Shown in pieces: positions 52,264 through 61,233 of a DNA stretch of 64,000 nt. This DNA comes from Solirubrobacteraceae bacterium (GTDB taxonomy: Bacteria; Actinomycetota; Thermoleophilia; Solirubrobacterales; Solirubrobacteraceae): the NCBI GenBank assembly GCA_034664295.1, contig JAXDHV010000014.1, positions 1 through 64,000 on the forward strand, given 5' to 3'. Each line of letters begins with the position of its first letter. Position 1 is the stretch's first letter. Position numbers and translations under genes: made by a program. The notes under the pieces are model-generated. The model searched no databases. It saw only the letters and a list, made by a program, of their open reading frames with translations, and was not told the origin of the DNA.

Positions 52264-53151
52264 CTACTTCAACCGAAAAGCCTTGATCCGATCGGCGTAC
52301 TGCTCCTCGTCGCGACTGTAGACCCCGTAGGCGATCGCCTGGATCATCCCGAGCAGAGCCGTATGAGACCGGACGAACGCCGGGCTGTTGGACGAGTAGT
52401 AGAGCTTGATCCGCGCGAGCTTCGCCACCTCGCTCAGGGTCGCGTCGGTGATCGCGATCGTCGGCGCCTTCCGGTGGCGGGCGAGCTTCATCGCCCGCAG
52501 GACCAGCGCGTGCGGCCGGCCGGCCGACAGGCCGATCACCAGCGTGTCGGAGTCGATCCGTCCCAGCCGGCTCAAGGCCTCCTGCGACGGGCTGGCGACC
52601 AGCTCGGCCCGCAGGTCGAGGAGCATCAGGAGATGCCGCAGGTAGCTCGCGAAGAACGCCATCTGGTCGGTCCCGGCGATCAGGATCCGGTTGGCCTGGG
52701 CGATCGATTCGATCGCCCGCTCGATGTTCGCCCGCGAGACCTTCCGCGCGGTCTCCTCGACGTTCACGTGGTCGGCCGCCAAAGCAGTCTCGAAGTCGGT
52801 CTGGTCGAGTGAGAAGAGCGGCGCCGAGAGCGCCCCGTCGGCCCGCGCACCCGGCGCGTTCGCCCGCCGGTATTCCTCCCGCGCCGCGTGCTGGAGCTCC
52901 GGGAACCCGTCGAATCCGAGCGCCTGCGAGAAGCGGACGACCGTCGAGCTCGACGTGTTCGCCCGCCGGGCGAGCTCCTCCGCCGTCTGGAAGGCAGCCT
53001 CGTCGAGGTGGTCGATGATGTACTGGGCGACATCCTTCTGCGACCGCGAGCACTCGTCGAACCGCGACTGGATGTAGGTTGACAGCGTCTGCGGCGGGGT
53101 GCTCCCGCTGCTCCGCGGAGGTGGGGCTGGAGTGGATCCGGTTCGTTTCAT
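52264..53151 (-). CDS. MurR/RpiR-family transcriptional regulator (HTH_6 + SIS domain)
   Basis: HTH SQKDVAQYIIDHL...TSSSTVVRFSQALGF and an SIS domain (ILIAGTDQMAFFASYL). Internal ATG chosen as start. Confidence 0.75.
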   Translation of the reverse strand: MKRTGSTPAPPPRSSGSTPPQTLSTYIQSRFDECSRSQKDVAQYIIDHLDEAAFQTAEELARRANTSSSTVVRFSQALGFDGFPELQHAAREEYRRANAPGARADGALSAPLFSLDQTDFETALAADHVNVEETARKVSRANIERAIESIAQANRILIAGTDQMAFFASYLRHLLMLLDLRAELVASPSQEALSRLGRIDSDTLVIGLSAGRPHALVLRAMKLARHRKAPTIAITDATLSEVAKLARIKLYYSSNSPAFVRSHTALLGMIQAIAYGVYSRDEEQYADRIKAFRLK

Positions 53152-53334
53152 CAGCGAGCGGTTGTTTCGACGGCACCCGCCTGTCTTCCTCCATGCCGGC
53201 CGTGTGATCCGTGGATCCGGTCGACCCGCAAGAAGGTCTGACGACATGCACCGCCCCCTCCGCCCAGCCGCCGGTCCCACCTCGAACCGGTCTCACGCAC
53301 CCTACTCCCGGGCCCCCGACGACCTTCCCACCCG

Positions 53335-54579
53335 ATGAGGATCGCGATCGTCGGCGGGGGCGTCTCCGGCGTGATCGCCGGCGATCTCCTCCACCGCCAG
53401 CACGAAATCGTCCTCTACGAGGCGGCCGACTACCTCGGCGGCCACACGAACACGATCCGCGTCGAACGCGACGACGGAGCCTGGGACGTCGACACCGGGT
53501 TCATCGTCCTCAACGACCGCAACTACCCCAACTTCAACCGCATTCTCGCCGACCACCGGATCGAGATCCAGTCGACCCACATGGGCTTCTCGGTGAAGGC
53601 CGAGGATTCCGACTTCGAGTACGCCGGCACCCCGACCGGTGTCTTCGCCCAACGAACGAACATCGTCGACCCCGCCTTCTGGCGGATGCTCTCCGACCTC
53701 GTCCGCTTCAACCGGGAGCTCCCAGCTCTGCTCGAATCGACCGACCCCGGCCCATCGCTCGGCGAGTGGGTCGACCGCAACGGCTATTCGAAGGTCTTCA
53801 TCGACCGGCTGATCGTCCCCCAGGCCTCCGCCGTCTGGTCGGCCGACCCCGCCTCGATGTGGGCCTTTCCCGCCCGCTTCCTCGCCGAGTTCTTCTCCAA
53901 CCACGGGATGCTCGGCTTCCGTGACCGCCCCCAGTGGCAGACGATCGTCGGCGGATCCCAGACCTACACGCGGGCGCTCAGCGCCCCCTTCGCCGACCGG
54001 ATCCGCCTCGCCACGCCGGTCACCGGGATCCGCCGCGACGAGCACGGCGTCGACGTCCAGGCAGGCGGGTCGACCGACCGCTTCGACGAGGTCATCCTCG
54101 CCTGCCACTCAGACCAGGCCCTCCGTGTGCTCGAAGACCCTTCGACCGCCGAGCGCGACCTCCTCGGGGCCTTCCCCTACCAGCCCAACGAGGCCGTCCT
54201 CCACACCGATCGATCCGTCCTTCCCCGCCGGCGGGCGACCTGGCAGGCTTGGAACTATCACCTCTTCGCCGACCCCCGGCCGATGACCACGGTCACCTAT
54301 TACATGAATCATCTCCAGAAACTGGCCGCTCCGGTCGACTTCTGCGTAACACTCAACATGACCGACCGCATCGACCCCTCCCAGATCATCGAGGTCATCC
54401 CCTACGCCCACCCGGTCTACACCCAGGCCGGCGTCGCCGCCCAGACCCGCTGGTCGGAGATCTCCGGAGTCCGGCGAACCCATTACTGCGGCGCCTACTG
54501 GGGCTGGGGCTTCCACGAGGACGGCGTCGTCTCCGCCCAGCGCGTCTGCCAGGCCTTCGGCTTCCGGGTGCCCTCGTGA
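53335..54579 (+). CDS. NAD(P)/FAD-dependent oxidoreductase (amine-oxidase-like), first gene of the FAD-oxidoreductase/DUF1365/CFA cassette
   Basis: MRIAIVGGGVSGVIAGDLL dinucleotide-binding motif. Confidence 0.85.
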   Translation: MRIAIVGGGVSGVIAGDLLHRQHEIVLYEAADYLGGHTNTIRVERDDGAWDVDTGFIVLNDRNYPNFNRILADHRIEIQSTHMGFSVKAEDSDFEYAGTPTGVFAQRTNIVDPAFWRMLSDLVRFNRELPALLESTDPGPSLGEWVDRNGYSKVFIDRLIVPQASAVWSADPASMWAFPARFLAEFFSNHGMLGFRDRPQWQTIVGGSQTYTRALSAPFADRIRLATPVTGIRRDEHGVDVQAGGSTDRFDEVILACHSDQALRVLEDPSTAERDLLGAFPYQPNEAVLHTDRSVLPRRRATWQAWNYHLFADPRPMTTVTYYMNHLQKLAAPVDFCVTLNMTDRIDPSQIIEVIPYAHPVYTQAGVAAQTRWSEISGVRRTHYCGAYWGWGFHEDGVVSAQRVCQAFGFRVPS

Positions 54580-55376
54580 GCGCCAGCTGCATCTACGAGG
54601 GCTGGGTTCGCCACCGCCGCTACGGCGACGTCGAGCACGCCCTGCGCTACCCCCTCTTCATGGTCTACCTCGACCTCGCCGAGCTCGACACCGTCTTCGC
54701 CGGGATGCCCCTCTGGTCGACCAGCCGCCCCGCGCTGGCCCGCTTCCGCAGGACCGATCACCTCGGTGACCCCGATGTCTCGCTCGACGAGTCGGTCCGA
54801 GCCCTCGTCGCCGAGCGCACCGGATCCCGCCCGGACGGCCCGATCCGCCTCCTCACAAACCTCCGCTACGGCGGCATCTGCTTCAACCCCGTCAGCTTCT
54901 ACTACTGCTTCTCGGCCGACGCCACTCAGGTCGACGCCGTGGTCGCCGAGGTCACCAACACCCCCTGGGGCGAGCGCCACGCCTACGTCATGGCCGCCGA
55001 CCCCGCCCGCCCCCCCGGCGGCGTCCTCAAGGGGCGAATGGCCAAGGAGTTCCACGTCTCCCCCTTCATGGGCATGGACCACACCTATGACTGGCGCCTC
55101 ACCCACCCCGCCGAGAACCTGATCGTCCAGATCGACTCCGAGCGGGCCGGCGTCCTCGCCTTCGACGCGACGCTCTCACTCGAGCGCCGCCCGATCGCCG
55201 CCGGCGTGCTCCTGCGCCATCCGGCGTTGACCCTCCGTGTCGTGGCCCAGATCTACATCCACGCGCTCCGCCTCCGACTCAAGCACGCCAAGTACTTCCC
55301 GAACCCCACCGCAGCCCCCCTGCTCGGGCGCGCCCGGCGCGAATCCGCCCGAATCTCGCGGGAGACGCTCGCGTGA
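54576..55376 (+). CDS. DUF1365 family protein
   Basis: IYEGWVRHRRY...YPLFMVYLDL is the DUF1365 signature. GTGA overlap with the upstream gene. Confidence 0.8.
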   Translation: MSASCIYEGWVRHRRYGDVEHALRYPLFMVYLDLAELDTVFAGMPLWSTSRPALARFRRTDHLGDPDVSLDESVRALVAERTGSRPDGPIRLLTNLRYGGICFNPVSFYYCFSADATQVDAVVAEVTNTPWGERHAYVMAADPARPPGGVLKGRMAKEFHVSPFMGMDHTYDWRLTHPAENLIVQIDSERAGVLAFDATLSLERRPIAAGVLLRHPALTLRVVAQIYIHALRLRLKHAKYFPNPTAAPLLGRARRESARISRETLA

Positions 55377-56611
55377 AGGATCGCGCCGCCCGCCGGCTCG
55401 TCCTCGCCCTCCTCAGCCGGACCCAGCACGGGTCGCTGACGCTCGTCGAGGGGCCCCAGACCCGGCGCTTCGGCGACCGCGAGCCCGGCGGCCCGATGGT
55501 CGAGGTCCGGATCCACGACATCCGCTTCTACCGGGCTCTCCTCCGCGGGTCGATCGGCCTCTCGGAGGCCTACATGGACCGGATGTTCGACTGCCGCAAC
55601 CTCCCCGAGCTCGCCCGGCTCGCCGCCCTCAACATGCCCCAGCTCGACCGCTGGCGGCGGGGGATCCGCCCGCTCGTCGCCCTCCCCCAGAGCGCCGCCC
55701 GCTGGGGCGCACGCAACACGCAGGCTCGCTCGCGCAAGCAGATCTCCGCCCACTACGACCTCGGCAACGACCTCTTCGGGCTGATGCTCGACCCGACGAT
55801 GATGTACTCCTGCGGGATCTTCGAATCCGCCGAGTCGAGCCTCCACGACGCCCAGATCGCCAAGCTCGACCGGATCTGCCAGAAGCTCGACCTCGGGCCT
55901 GACGACCACGTCCTCGAGATCGGCACCGGCTGGGGCGGCTTCGCGATCCACGCGGCCGCCAACTACGGCTGCCGTGTGACGACGACGACGATCTCCGCCG
56001 AGCAGCTCGCGATGGCTCGCGAGCGGGTCGCCGAGGCCGGGCTCGAGGACCGGATCACCCTGCTCCTCGAGGACTACCGCAACCTCCGCGGCAGCTACGA
56101 CAAGCTCGTCTCGATCGAGATGATCGAAGCCGTCGGCTGGCAGTACTTCGACACCTTCTTCGAGCGCTGTGGCTCGCTGCTGGCGCCCGACGGGGCGATG
56201 CTCCTCCAGGCGATCACGATCGACGACAAGGCCTACGAGGTCGAGAAGGCGACCCGCAGCTTCGCCAACACCCACATCTTCCCCGGCGGCTGCCTCCCCT
56301 CCCTCCAGGTGATCTCCCGCTCGCTCGCCCGGACCGGCGATCTCCGGGCGGTCGATCTCGAGGACATCACCGCGCACTACGTGACCACGCTCCGCTGCTG
56401 GCGGGAGAACTTCCTCGCCCAGATCGACCGGGTCCGCGCACTCGGCTACGACGGTCGCTTCCAGCGGCTCTGGGAGCTGTATCTCGCCTACTGCGAGGGT
56501 GGCTTCGACGCCCGGCGGATCAGCACGCTCCAGCTCGTCCTCGCCAAGCCGCGCTTCGTCGCCGGAGCGCTCGCCGGCCGGTCGGCCCTGATCGGCGCTG
56601 CGGCCGACTGA
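55373..56611 (+). CDS. cfa: cyclopropane-fatty-acyl-phospholipid synthase family SAM-dependent methyltransferase
   Basis: HVLEIGTGWGGFAIHAA SAM motif and CFA-synthase blocks. GTGA overlap with the upstream gene. Confidence 0.85.
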   Translation: MKDRAARRLVLALLSRTQHGSLTLVEGPQTRRFGDREPGGPMVEVRIHDIRFYRALLRGSIGLSEAYMDRMFDCRNLPELARLAALNMPQLDRWRRGIRPLVALPQSAARWGARNTQARSRKQISAHYDLGNDLFGLMLDPTMMYSCGIFESAESSLHDAQIAKLDRICQKLDLGPDDHVLEIGTGWGGFAIHAAANYGCRVTTTTISAEQLAMARERVAEAGLEDRITLLLEDYRNLRGSYDKLVSIEMIEAVGWQYFDTFFERCGSLLAPDGAMLLQAITIDDKAYEVEKATRSFANTHIFPGGCLPSLQVISRSLARTGDLRAVDLEDITAHYVTTLRCWRENFLAQIDRVRALGYDGRFQRLWELYLAYCEGGFDARRISTLQLVLAKPRFVAGALAGRSALIGAAAD

Positions 56612-56720
56612 CGGGCCGGGTGGCCACCTCCGCGGTGGCCGCGCGATTCCCGACCCTCCTCGACGACTCCCGGGCCAGTATTCCCCGCGCCGCCGGGGAA
56701 AGGGCTAGGATCGCTGGACT

Positions 56721-57830
56721 GTGTGGGGTCGAGCGGGGATACAGAGCTGGATCGGCCGTAACGCCCGCGCCGCAACCCTCGTCGCGGTCGGCGCACTCGG
56801 CGGCGGGGCGGCCTTCGCCGCGGCTTCGGTGCCCGACGGGAACGGTGCCATACACGCCTGCGTGCTGGCGTCCGGCGGAACCACGATCCCCAGCTCGAAC
56901 CCGGGAGTCGCGAACATCCGGATCATCGATCCCAGCGCCGGCCAGTCGTGCGCCGTCGCCGGCGGCGAGAGCACCGTGTCCGAGATCCCGCTGACCTTCA
57001 ACGCATCCGGTCCGACTGGTCCGGCGGGTGTCGCAGGCCCGAGCGGGGCCAACGGTTCGAATGGGTTGCCCGGGGCGGTCGGTCCGACGGGGGCGGTGGG
57101 TCCGCTAGGGCCGGTGGGTCCGGCAGGGCCGGTGGGTCCGCCCGGGGCAGCAGGTCCGGCAGGGCCGGTGGGTCCGCTAGGGCCGGTGGGTCCGGCAGGG
57201 GCAGCAGGCCCGGCAGGAGCGGCTGGATCGAACGGATCAGCCGGGCCCGTGGGTCCGGCCGGCGCCAACGGATTGAACGGGTTGCCAGGACCGGTCGGGT
57301 CATCCAGCACGACGGACGCCGGGGGAGCGCAGAGCGCGGCGAGCAACATCTTCATCAGGTTGCGGCCGGCGAGCGGGCCGGACATCGGGCCGGTCGCGAT
57401 CGACCATGTGGCGTTCGAGGCGACGACGTCGACGAGCATCGGCTCGGCGTCCTCGGGCGCCGGTGCCGGCAAGGTGAAGTTCGGGGCGCTCGTGCTGCAG
57501 AAGGCGATCGACCCGACGTCGCCCGTGCTGTTCAAGGCGCTCGCCGCCGGCGAGCACTTCTCCCAGGCGACCGTCTTCGTCCGCGTCGGCCGGGGCGTCG
57601 CGCAGACCGACCAGCGCGAGTACCGGATGTCACAGGTCTTCGTCACCAGGCTGGCGCAGGACACCACGACGACAAAGGCCGATGAGACGGTCCAGCTCGC
57701 GTTCGGCGCGATCCAGCTCGTCGAGTTCGTGCTGAGCCCGTCGGGCAAGTCGCAGGGCGTGATCGTCGGCGGCTGGGACCAGGCCAAGAACACGTCGTTC
57801 AAGCCGACGACGCTGCTCCCGGCCCCGTGA
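56721..57830 (+). CDS. secreted collagen-like (Gly-X-Y)32 triple-helix repeat protein with C-terminal Hcp-like (T6SS tube / phage-tube fold) domain
   Basis: Signal peptide [22 protein letters not shown]. An uninterrupted GXY tract runs [16 protein letters not shown]...GLPGPVG. The C-terminus [44 protein letters not shown]...[12 protein letters not shown]...[15 protein letters not shown] aligns with Hcp1 (GGGGAGKVxxxDLxFxKxxDxxSPxLxxAxxxGxH...EY..I.L..V.V.S...E.V.L.F). Confidence 0.7.
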   Translation: MWGRAGIQSWIGRNARAATLVAVGALGGGAAFAAASVPDGNGAIHACVLASGGTTIPSSNPGVANIRIIDPSAGQSCAVAGGESTVSEIPLTFNASGPTGPAGVAGPSGANGSNGLPGAVGPTGAVGPLGPVGPAGPVGPPGAAGPAGPVGPLGPVGPAGAAGPAGAAGSNGSAGPVGPAGANGLNGLPGPVGSSSTTDAGGAQSAASNIFIRLRPASGPDIGPVAIDHVAFEATTSTSIGSASSGAGAGKVKFGALVLQKAIDPTSPVLFKALAAGEHFSQATVFVRVGRGVAQTDQREYRMSQVFVTRLAQDTTTTKADETVQLAFGAIQLVEFVLSPSGKSQGVIVGGWDQAKNTSFKPTTLLPAP

Positions 57831-57912
57831 ATCACGCCCGCGCCGCGTAGCCGCGCCTGCTGGGCATCGGATGGTGGGGAGAAGCCTGCTCAGCGCTTGA
57901 GGGCTCCGTACG

Positions 57913-58713
57913 TCAACCGGCCCGCTCCCGGCGAGTGAACATCCGCCGGCTTGCGAGATCGAGCAGGACGGCCGGCCCCCGCCCGGCCCGCACCGCCCAG
58001 GCGACCTTCCCCCCGGGCTGGAGGGTCGACCGGTCGCCGACGATCGCCTCGACCACCTTCTCGGCCCACTCGTCGGGCGCCTGGTTCTCCCAGCCGGAGG
58101 TGTCCATGTGGCGCCCGTAGACGGACTCGGTCGCCTCGAGCATGTCGGTCGCGACACCCGGCGTGACCAGGAGGAGCGTGCCCACCCCGGTCCCCCGGAG
58201 CTCCCGCCGCAGCGACTGCGTCAAGGCGACGACGCCTGCCTTCGACGCGGCGTAGGTCGACGCCCCGGGAAGGTGGGCGTACCCGCTGATCGACGCGTTG
58301 TTGACGATCTTCCCCCGCCGGCGCTCGATCATCCCCGGCAGGGCGAGGGCGCTCAGATGGGCGACGGCGAGGAGGTTGACCTGGAACATCGCGTAGACCT
58401 CGTCCTGGTCCTGGTCCTCCAGCAGGCCGCCGGTCATCAGCCCGGCGTTGTTGACCAGCAGGTCGATCGCCCGCTCGTCGCTGGCGAGCTCGCCCCACGA
58501 CCGGTCGATCGCCTCGCGCGAACCGAGATCGATCCGCACGGCGCGCACGTCCGCCGCGCCACCCGCCGGGGCTGAGACGGCCGGCGGGTCGGCGGGCCGG
58601 CGCATGCCCATCAGCAGGAGGCCGAGCGGCTCACGCGCGAGCCGCTGCGACAGGGCCAGGCCGATCCCGCGGTTGGCGCCCGTGACGAGAACCGTGGCGC
58701 CCCGGAGGTCCAT
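57913..58713 (-). CDS. SDR-family oxidoreductase
   Basis: TGANRGIG, NNAG and YAASKAGVVAL motifs. Confidence 0.85.
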   Translation of the reverse strand: MDLRGATVLVTGANRGIGLALSQRLAREPLGLLLMGMRRPADPPAVSAPAGGAADVRAVRIDLGSREAIDRSWGELASDERAIDLLVNNAGLMTGGLLEDQDQDEVYAMFQVNLLAVAHLSALALPGMIERRRGKIVNNASISGYAHLPGASTYAASKAGVVALTQSLRRELRGTGVGTLLLVTPGVATDMLEATESVYGRHMDTSGWENQAPDEWAEKVVEAIVGDRSTLQPGGKVAWAVRAGRGPAVLLDLASRRMFTRRERAG

Positions 58714-59186
58714 CAGCTTTGGGCGATCAGCCGGCCGCCGACCGCGGCGGCCAGGCCGCGGCCTCCCTGGCGCATCACGCAGTCGTGGTTCCAGACGAAG
58801 ACCGGCCGGGCGACCGGGCCGAGCAGGTTCATCCAGGTCGGGGTCGTCCGAACGTGCCAGTCGTAGACGACGGCCGTCCCCGGACCGTCGTACAGCCGCC
58901 AGGTGCCGACCCCCTCGAGCTCACCGGTCGCGTGCCCCTCGATCAGGCGGCCGGGCTCGATCCGGGTGATGCGGATGTCGAAATGCAGGGTGTACGGAAG
59001 CCGGCTCCGCCAGGCGAACCGATCGACCCGGCCGAGACCGTCCGAATCTCCGGGTGCGAGCGGCACGACGCTCTTCACGGCGCCCCACCATTCGGGGTAG
59101 GCGGCCGAGTCGCGCAGGACGTTCCAGACATCGTCGATCGGTGCGTCGACGCACCATGTCGAGAGGAATCCGTACCGGGAGATCAT
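58713..59186 (-). CDS. SRPBCC (Bet v1-like / polyketide cyclase-dehydrase fold) protein
   Basis: VWNVLRDSAAYPEWW is typical of SRPBCC ligand-binding proteins. Confidence 0.6.
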   Translation of the reverse strand: MISRYGFLSTWCVDAPIDDVWNVLRDSAAYPEWWGAVKSVVPLAPGDSDGLGRVDRFAWRSRLPYTLHFDIRITRIEPGRLIEGHATGELEGVGTWRLYDGPGTAVVYDWHVRTTPTWMNLLGPVARPVFVWNHDCVMRQGGRGLAAAVGGRLIAQS

Positions 59187-59211
59187 CGCCGGCGTGCCCG
59201 GTCGGCCGGAC

Positions 59212-59652
59212 TCAGGCGGCCCCGGCCGCCAAACAGTCGGCGCAGAGCCCCCAGATCAAGAGCTGGGCGTGGTCGGGCGAGAATCCCGCGTCGATCGCTG
59301 ACCGCAGGGCCCCCGGCGGGATCTCGGGCCCGTCGAGATCGGCGAGGGCGCCGCAGTTGCGGCAGACGGTGTGGGCGTGGGGGTCGACGTGGGAGTCGAA
59401 GAGGATCGCCCCGGTTCCGGTGCTGAGCCGGCGGACGAGGCCGAGCTCCTCGAGCAGGAAGAGCGTCGCGTATACGGTCGGGATCGCGATCCCGGGGAGC
59501 GCTGGGGAGACGGCGTCGAGCACCTGATCGGCCGTGACGTGCTGTTTGCGAGCGTGGAGCTCGCGGTAGATCACCAGACGCTGAGACGTGACGCGGTGGC
59601 GGCTGGCCCGGAGCTTCGCGCTCAGCAGCCTGTCGGCTGGGTGGGTCTGCAT
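59212..59652 (-). CDS. Fur-family metalloregulator (Fur/Zur/PerR type not resolved)
   Basis: DNA-binding helix SQRLVIYRELHARKQHVTADQV, a metal site HVDPHAHTVCRNCG and a C-terminal CADC. Confidence 0.8.
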   Translation of the reverse strand: MQTHPADRLLSAKLRASRHRVTSQRLVIYRELHARKQHVTADQVLDAVSPALPGIAIPTVYATLFLLEELGLVRRLSTGTGAILFDSHVDPHAHTVCRNCGALADLDGPEIPPGALRSAIDAGFSPDHAQLLIWGLCADCLAAGAA

Positions 59653-59731
59653 TCGACGAAGCCTAGCTGATCGTCGTCTCTAGTTGTTGTTAGGCACACC
59701 TTATTTGAAACCAGATGCTATAACTCAGTCT
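59653..59731. promoter_or_regulatory. AT-rich divergent intergenic region between the Fur gene and the VIT gene, candidate metalloregulator operator
   Basis: tagttgttgttaggcacaccttatttgaaaccagatgctataactcag is sharply AT-rich against a background of about 70% GC. TATAAC lies 9 nt before the VIT ATG. Confidence 0.35.
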
Positions 59732-60382
59732 ATGGCGAGCGCCGAGGAGACAGTCGAGACGCCCTCCGCGTCCCCCTCCCCCCCGCCCTCCGCGTCCCCG
59801 CCGCCCCCGGACTCCTCCCCACCCCCCGCCGACTCCCCCACCGAGCCGCCGCGGGCGGGCCGGGCAACCGGGTCGGGGTCGATCCTTGGACGGCTGCTGA
59901 AGCGGCTGACCCGCACCGACGATGCCGACTTCGTCCTCCAGATCGTCCAGCCGTCGCTGGTCGGGATGATCGACGGAACCGTCTCGACACTCGCGCCGAT
60001 CTTCGCCGCGGCGGTTTCGACCAGCTCGCGCACGGCACTCCTCGTCGGCATCGCGACCGCCCTCGGAGCAGGGGTGAGCATGGGAATGTCTGAGGCCCTC
60101 TCGGATACGGGAGAGCAGACCGGCAGGGGTCCGGCGCTCGCCCGGGGCCTGATCACCGGGGGGGCGACGGCGATCGGGGGGATCTTCCACTCGTTGCCGT
60201 TCATGATCGCCGACGTCAACAAGGCGCTCGCGGTCGCGGGGATCGTCGTGGCGGTCGAGCTGTTCGCGATCGCGTGGGTCCGCCACCGGTTCCTCCACGT
60301 GAGCATGCGCTCTTCGCTGATCGTCGTGACCCTCGGTGGTGCGATCGTCCTGGGCATCGGAGTCATCGTCGGGAGCTCGTAG
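59732..60382 (+). CDS. VIT1/CCC1-family (DUF125) iron/manganese transporter
   Basis: VGMIDGTVSTLAPIFAAA and C-terminal TM repeats typical of VIT-family proteins. The N-terminus is Pro/Ser-rich. Confidence 0.7.
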   Translation: MASAEETVETPSASPSPPPSASPPPPDSSPPPADSPTEPPRAGRATGSGSILGRLLKRLTRTDDADFVLQIVQPSLVGMIDGTVSTLAPIFAAAVSTSSRTALLVGIATALGAGVSMGMSEALSDTGEQTGRGPALARGLITGGATAIGGIFHSLPFMIADVNKALAVAGIVVAVELFAIAWVRHRFLHVSMRSSLIVVTLGGAIVLGIGVIVGSS

Positions 60383-60394
60383 AATCGTCGTGCC

Positions 60395-60886
60395 TTGACG
60401 ACCGCGCCCCAGGTAGCCGCGCTTTCCTTCGACGACATCGACGATGCCGTCAACGCGCTCCGGGCGCGGGGGCTGCGGTTGTCGATCGCCCGGCGGATGG
60501 TCCTCGAGCTGCTCTTCAAGGAGATCGACCCGGTCTCGGCCGAGCACGTCGCCCAGACGCTGGGGATCGACGTGGCGTCGGTCTACCGGAACCTCGAGAT
60601 GCTCGAGCGCCATGGACTGGTCCACCACGTGCATCTCGGCCACGGGCCGGGGCTCTACGTCCTGGTCGGCCGGGGCGAGCACGAATACCTCTACTGCGAC
60701 CGGTGCGCGACTGTCACCCCGCTCGAGCCGGAGCGGCTCGACCCGATCCGCGACCAGCTGCGGGCGAGCTTCGGCTACGAGGTCCGCTTCACCCACTTCC
60801 CGCTGGTCGGCCTCTGCCGGGACTGCGCGGGAGAGGACCGGCCGGCGGCGGTCGACCCGCACTCCTCGCATTCCCACGGGCACTGA
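60395..60886 (+). CDS. Fur-family metalloregulator (second paralog)
   Basis: ARRMVLELLFKE...EHVAQTL HTH, HHVHLGHG, CDRC and CRDC metal-site motifs. Confidence 0.8.
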   Translation: MTTAPQVAALSFDDIDDAVNALRARGLRLSIARRMVLELLFKEIDPVSAEHVAQTLGIDVASVYRNLEMLERHGLVHHVHLGHGPGLYVLVGRGEHEYLYCDRCATVTPLEPERLDPIRDQLRASFGYEVRFTHFPLVGLCRDCAGEDRPAAVDPHSSHSHGH

Positions 60887-60990
60887 GACGGGCTTTCGTG
60901 GACCGGTCGCGGGCCCGCTCGGGCGGGTCGCGGAAGCTCGCCGGCGGGGCGGCCCCGATCACCGCGCTCGCCTGGGATCATCCAGGCGAA

Positions 60991-61064
60991 GGGCCAGTAG
61001 CTCAGTTGGTTAGAGCACCGGGCTCATAACCCGTGGCGCGCAGGTTCGAGTCCTGCCTGGCCCA
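60991..61064 (+). tRNA. tRNA-Met (anticodon CAT; could alternatively be a lysidine-modified tRNA-Ile2)
   Basis: Hand-folded cloverleaf: acceptor GGGCCAG/CTGGCCC, D-stem GCTC/GAGC, anticodon loop CTCATAA, T-stem GCAGG/CCTGC, T-loop TTCGAGT. G1:C72 is paired, so it is not an initiator tRNA. Confidence 0.8.
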
Positions 61065-61233
61065 TTTCGCGCGCAGCCCGAAGGCCACGGCAACCGTCAA
61101 AAGCGCCGGTAGTGGCGTCGGAGCGGTAGGGTAGGGTCAGCCCCAATGGGACCCCCCAGGGGCATTTGGGGTACGTGACGCCGTCGGCAAGCCCAGAAAC
61201 CGTCTAGAACAACGTAGGAGAAGGGAAGGTTCG

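Noticed and set aside
56721-57830. Type VI secretion locus
   Set aside because: The Hcp-like domain is alone and fused to a collagen tract behind a Sec signal peptide. No TssB/C, VgrG, ClpV or baseplate genes occur in the window.
60973-60992. Inverted repeat CGCCTGG-n6-CCAGGCG just upstream of the tRNA as a regulatory element
   Set aside because: It is short, lacks a U-tract and abuts the tRNA 5' end. It is more likely a chance palindrome in GC-rich DNA; it cannot be evaluated without conservation data.
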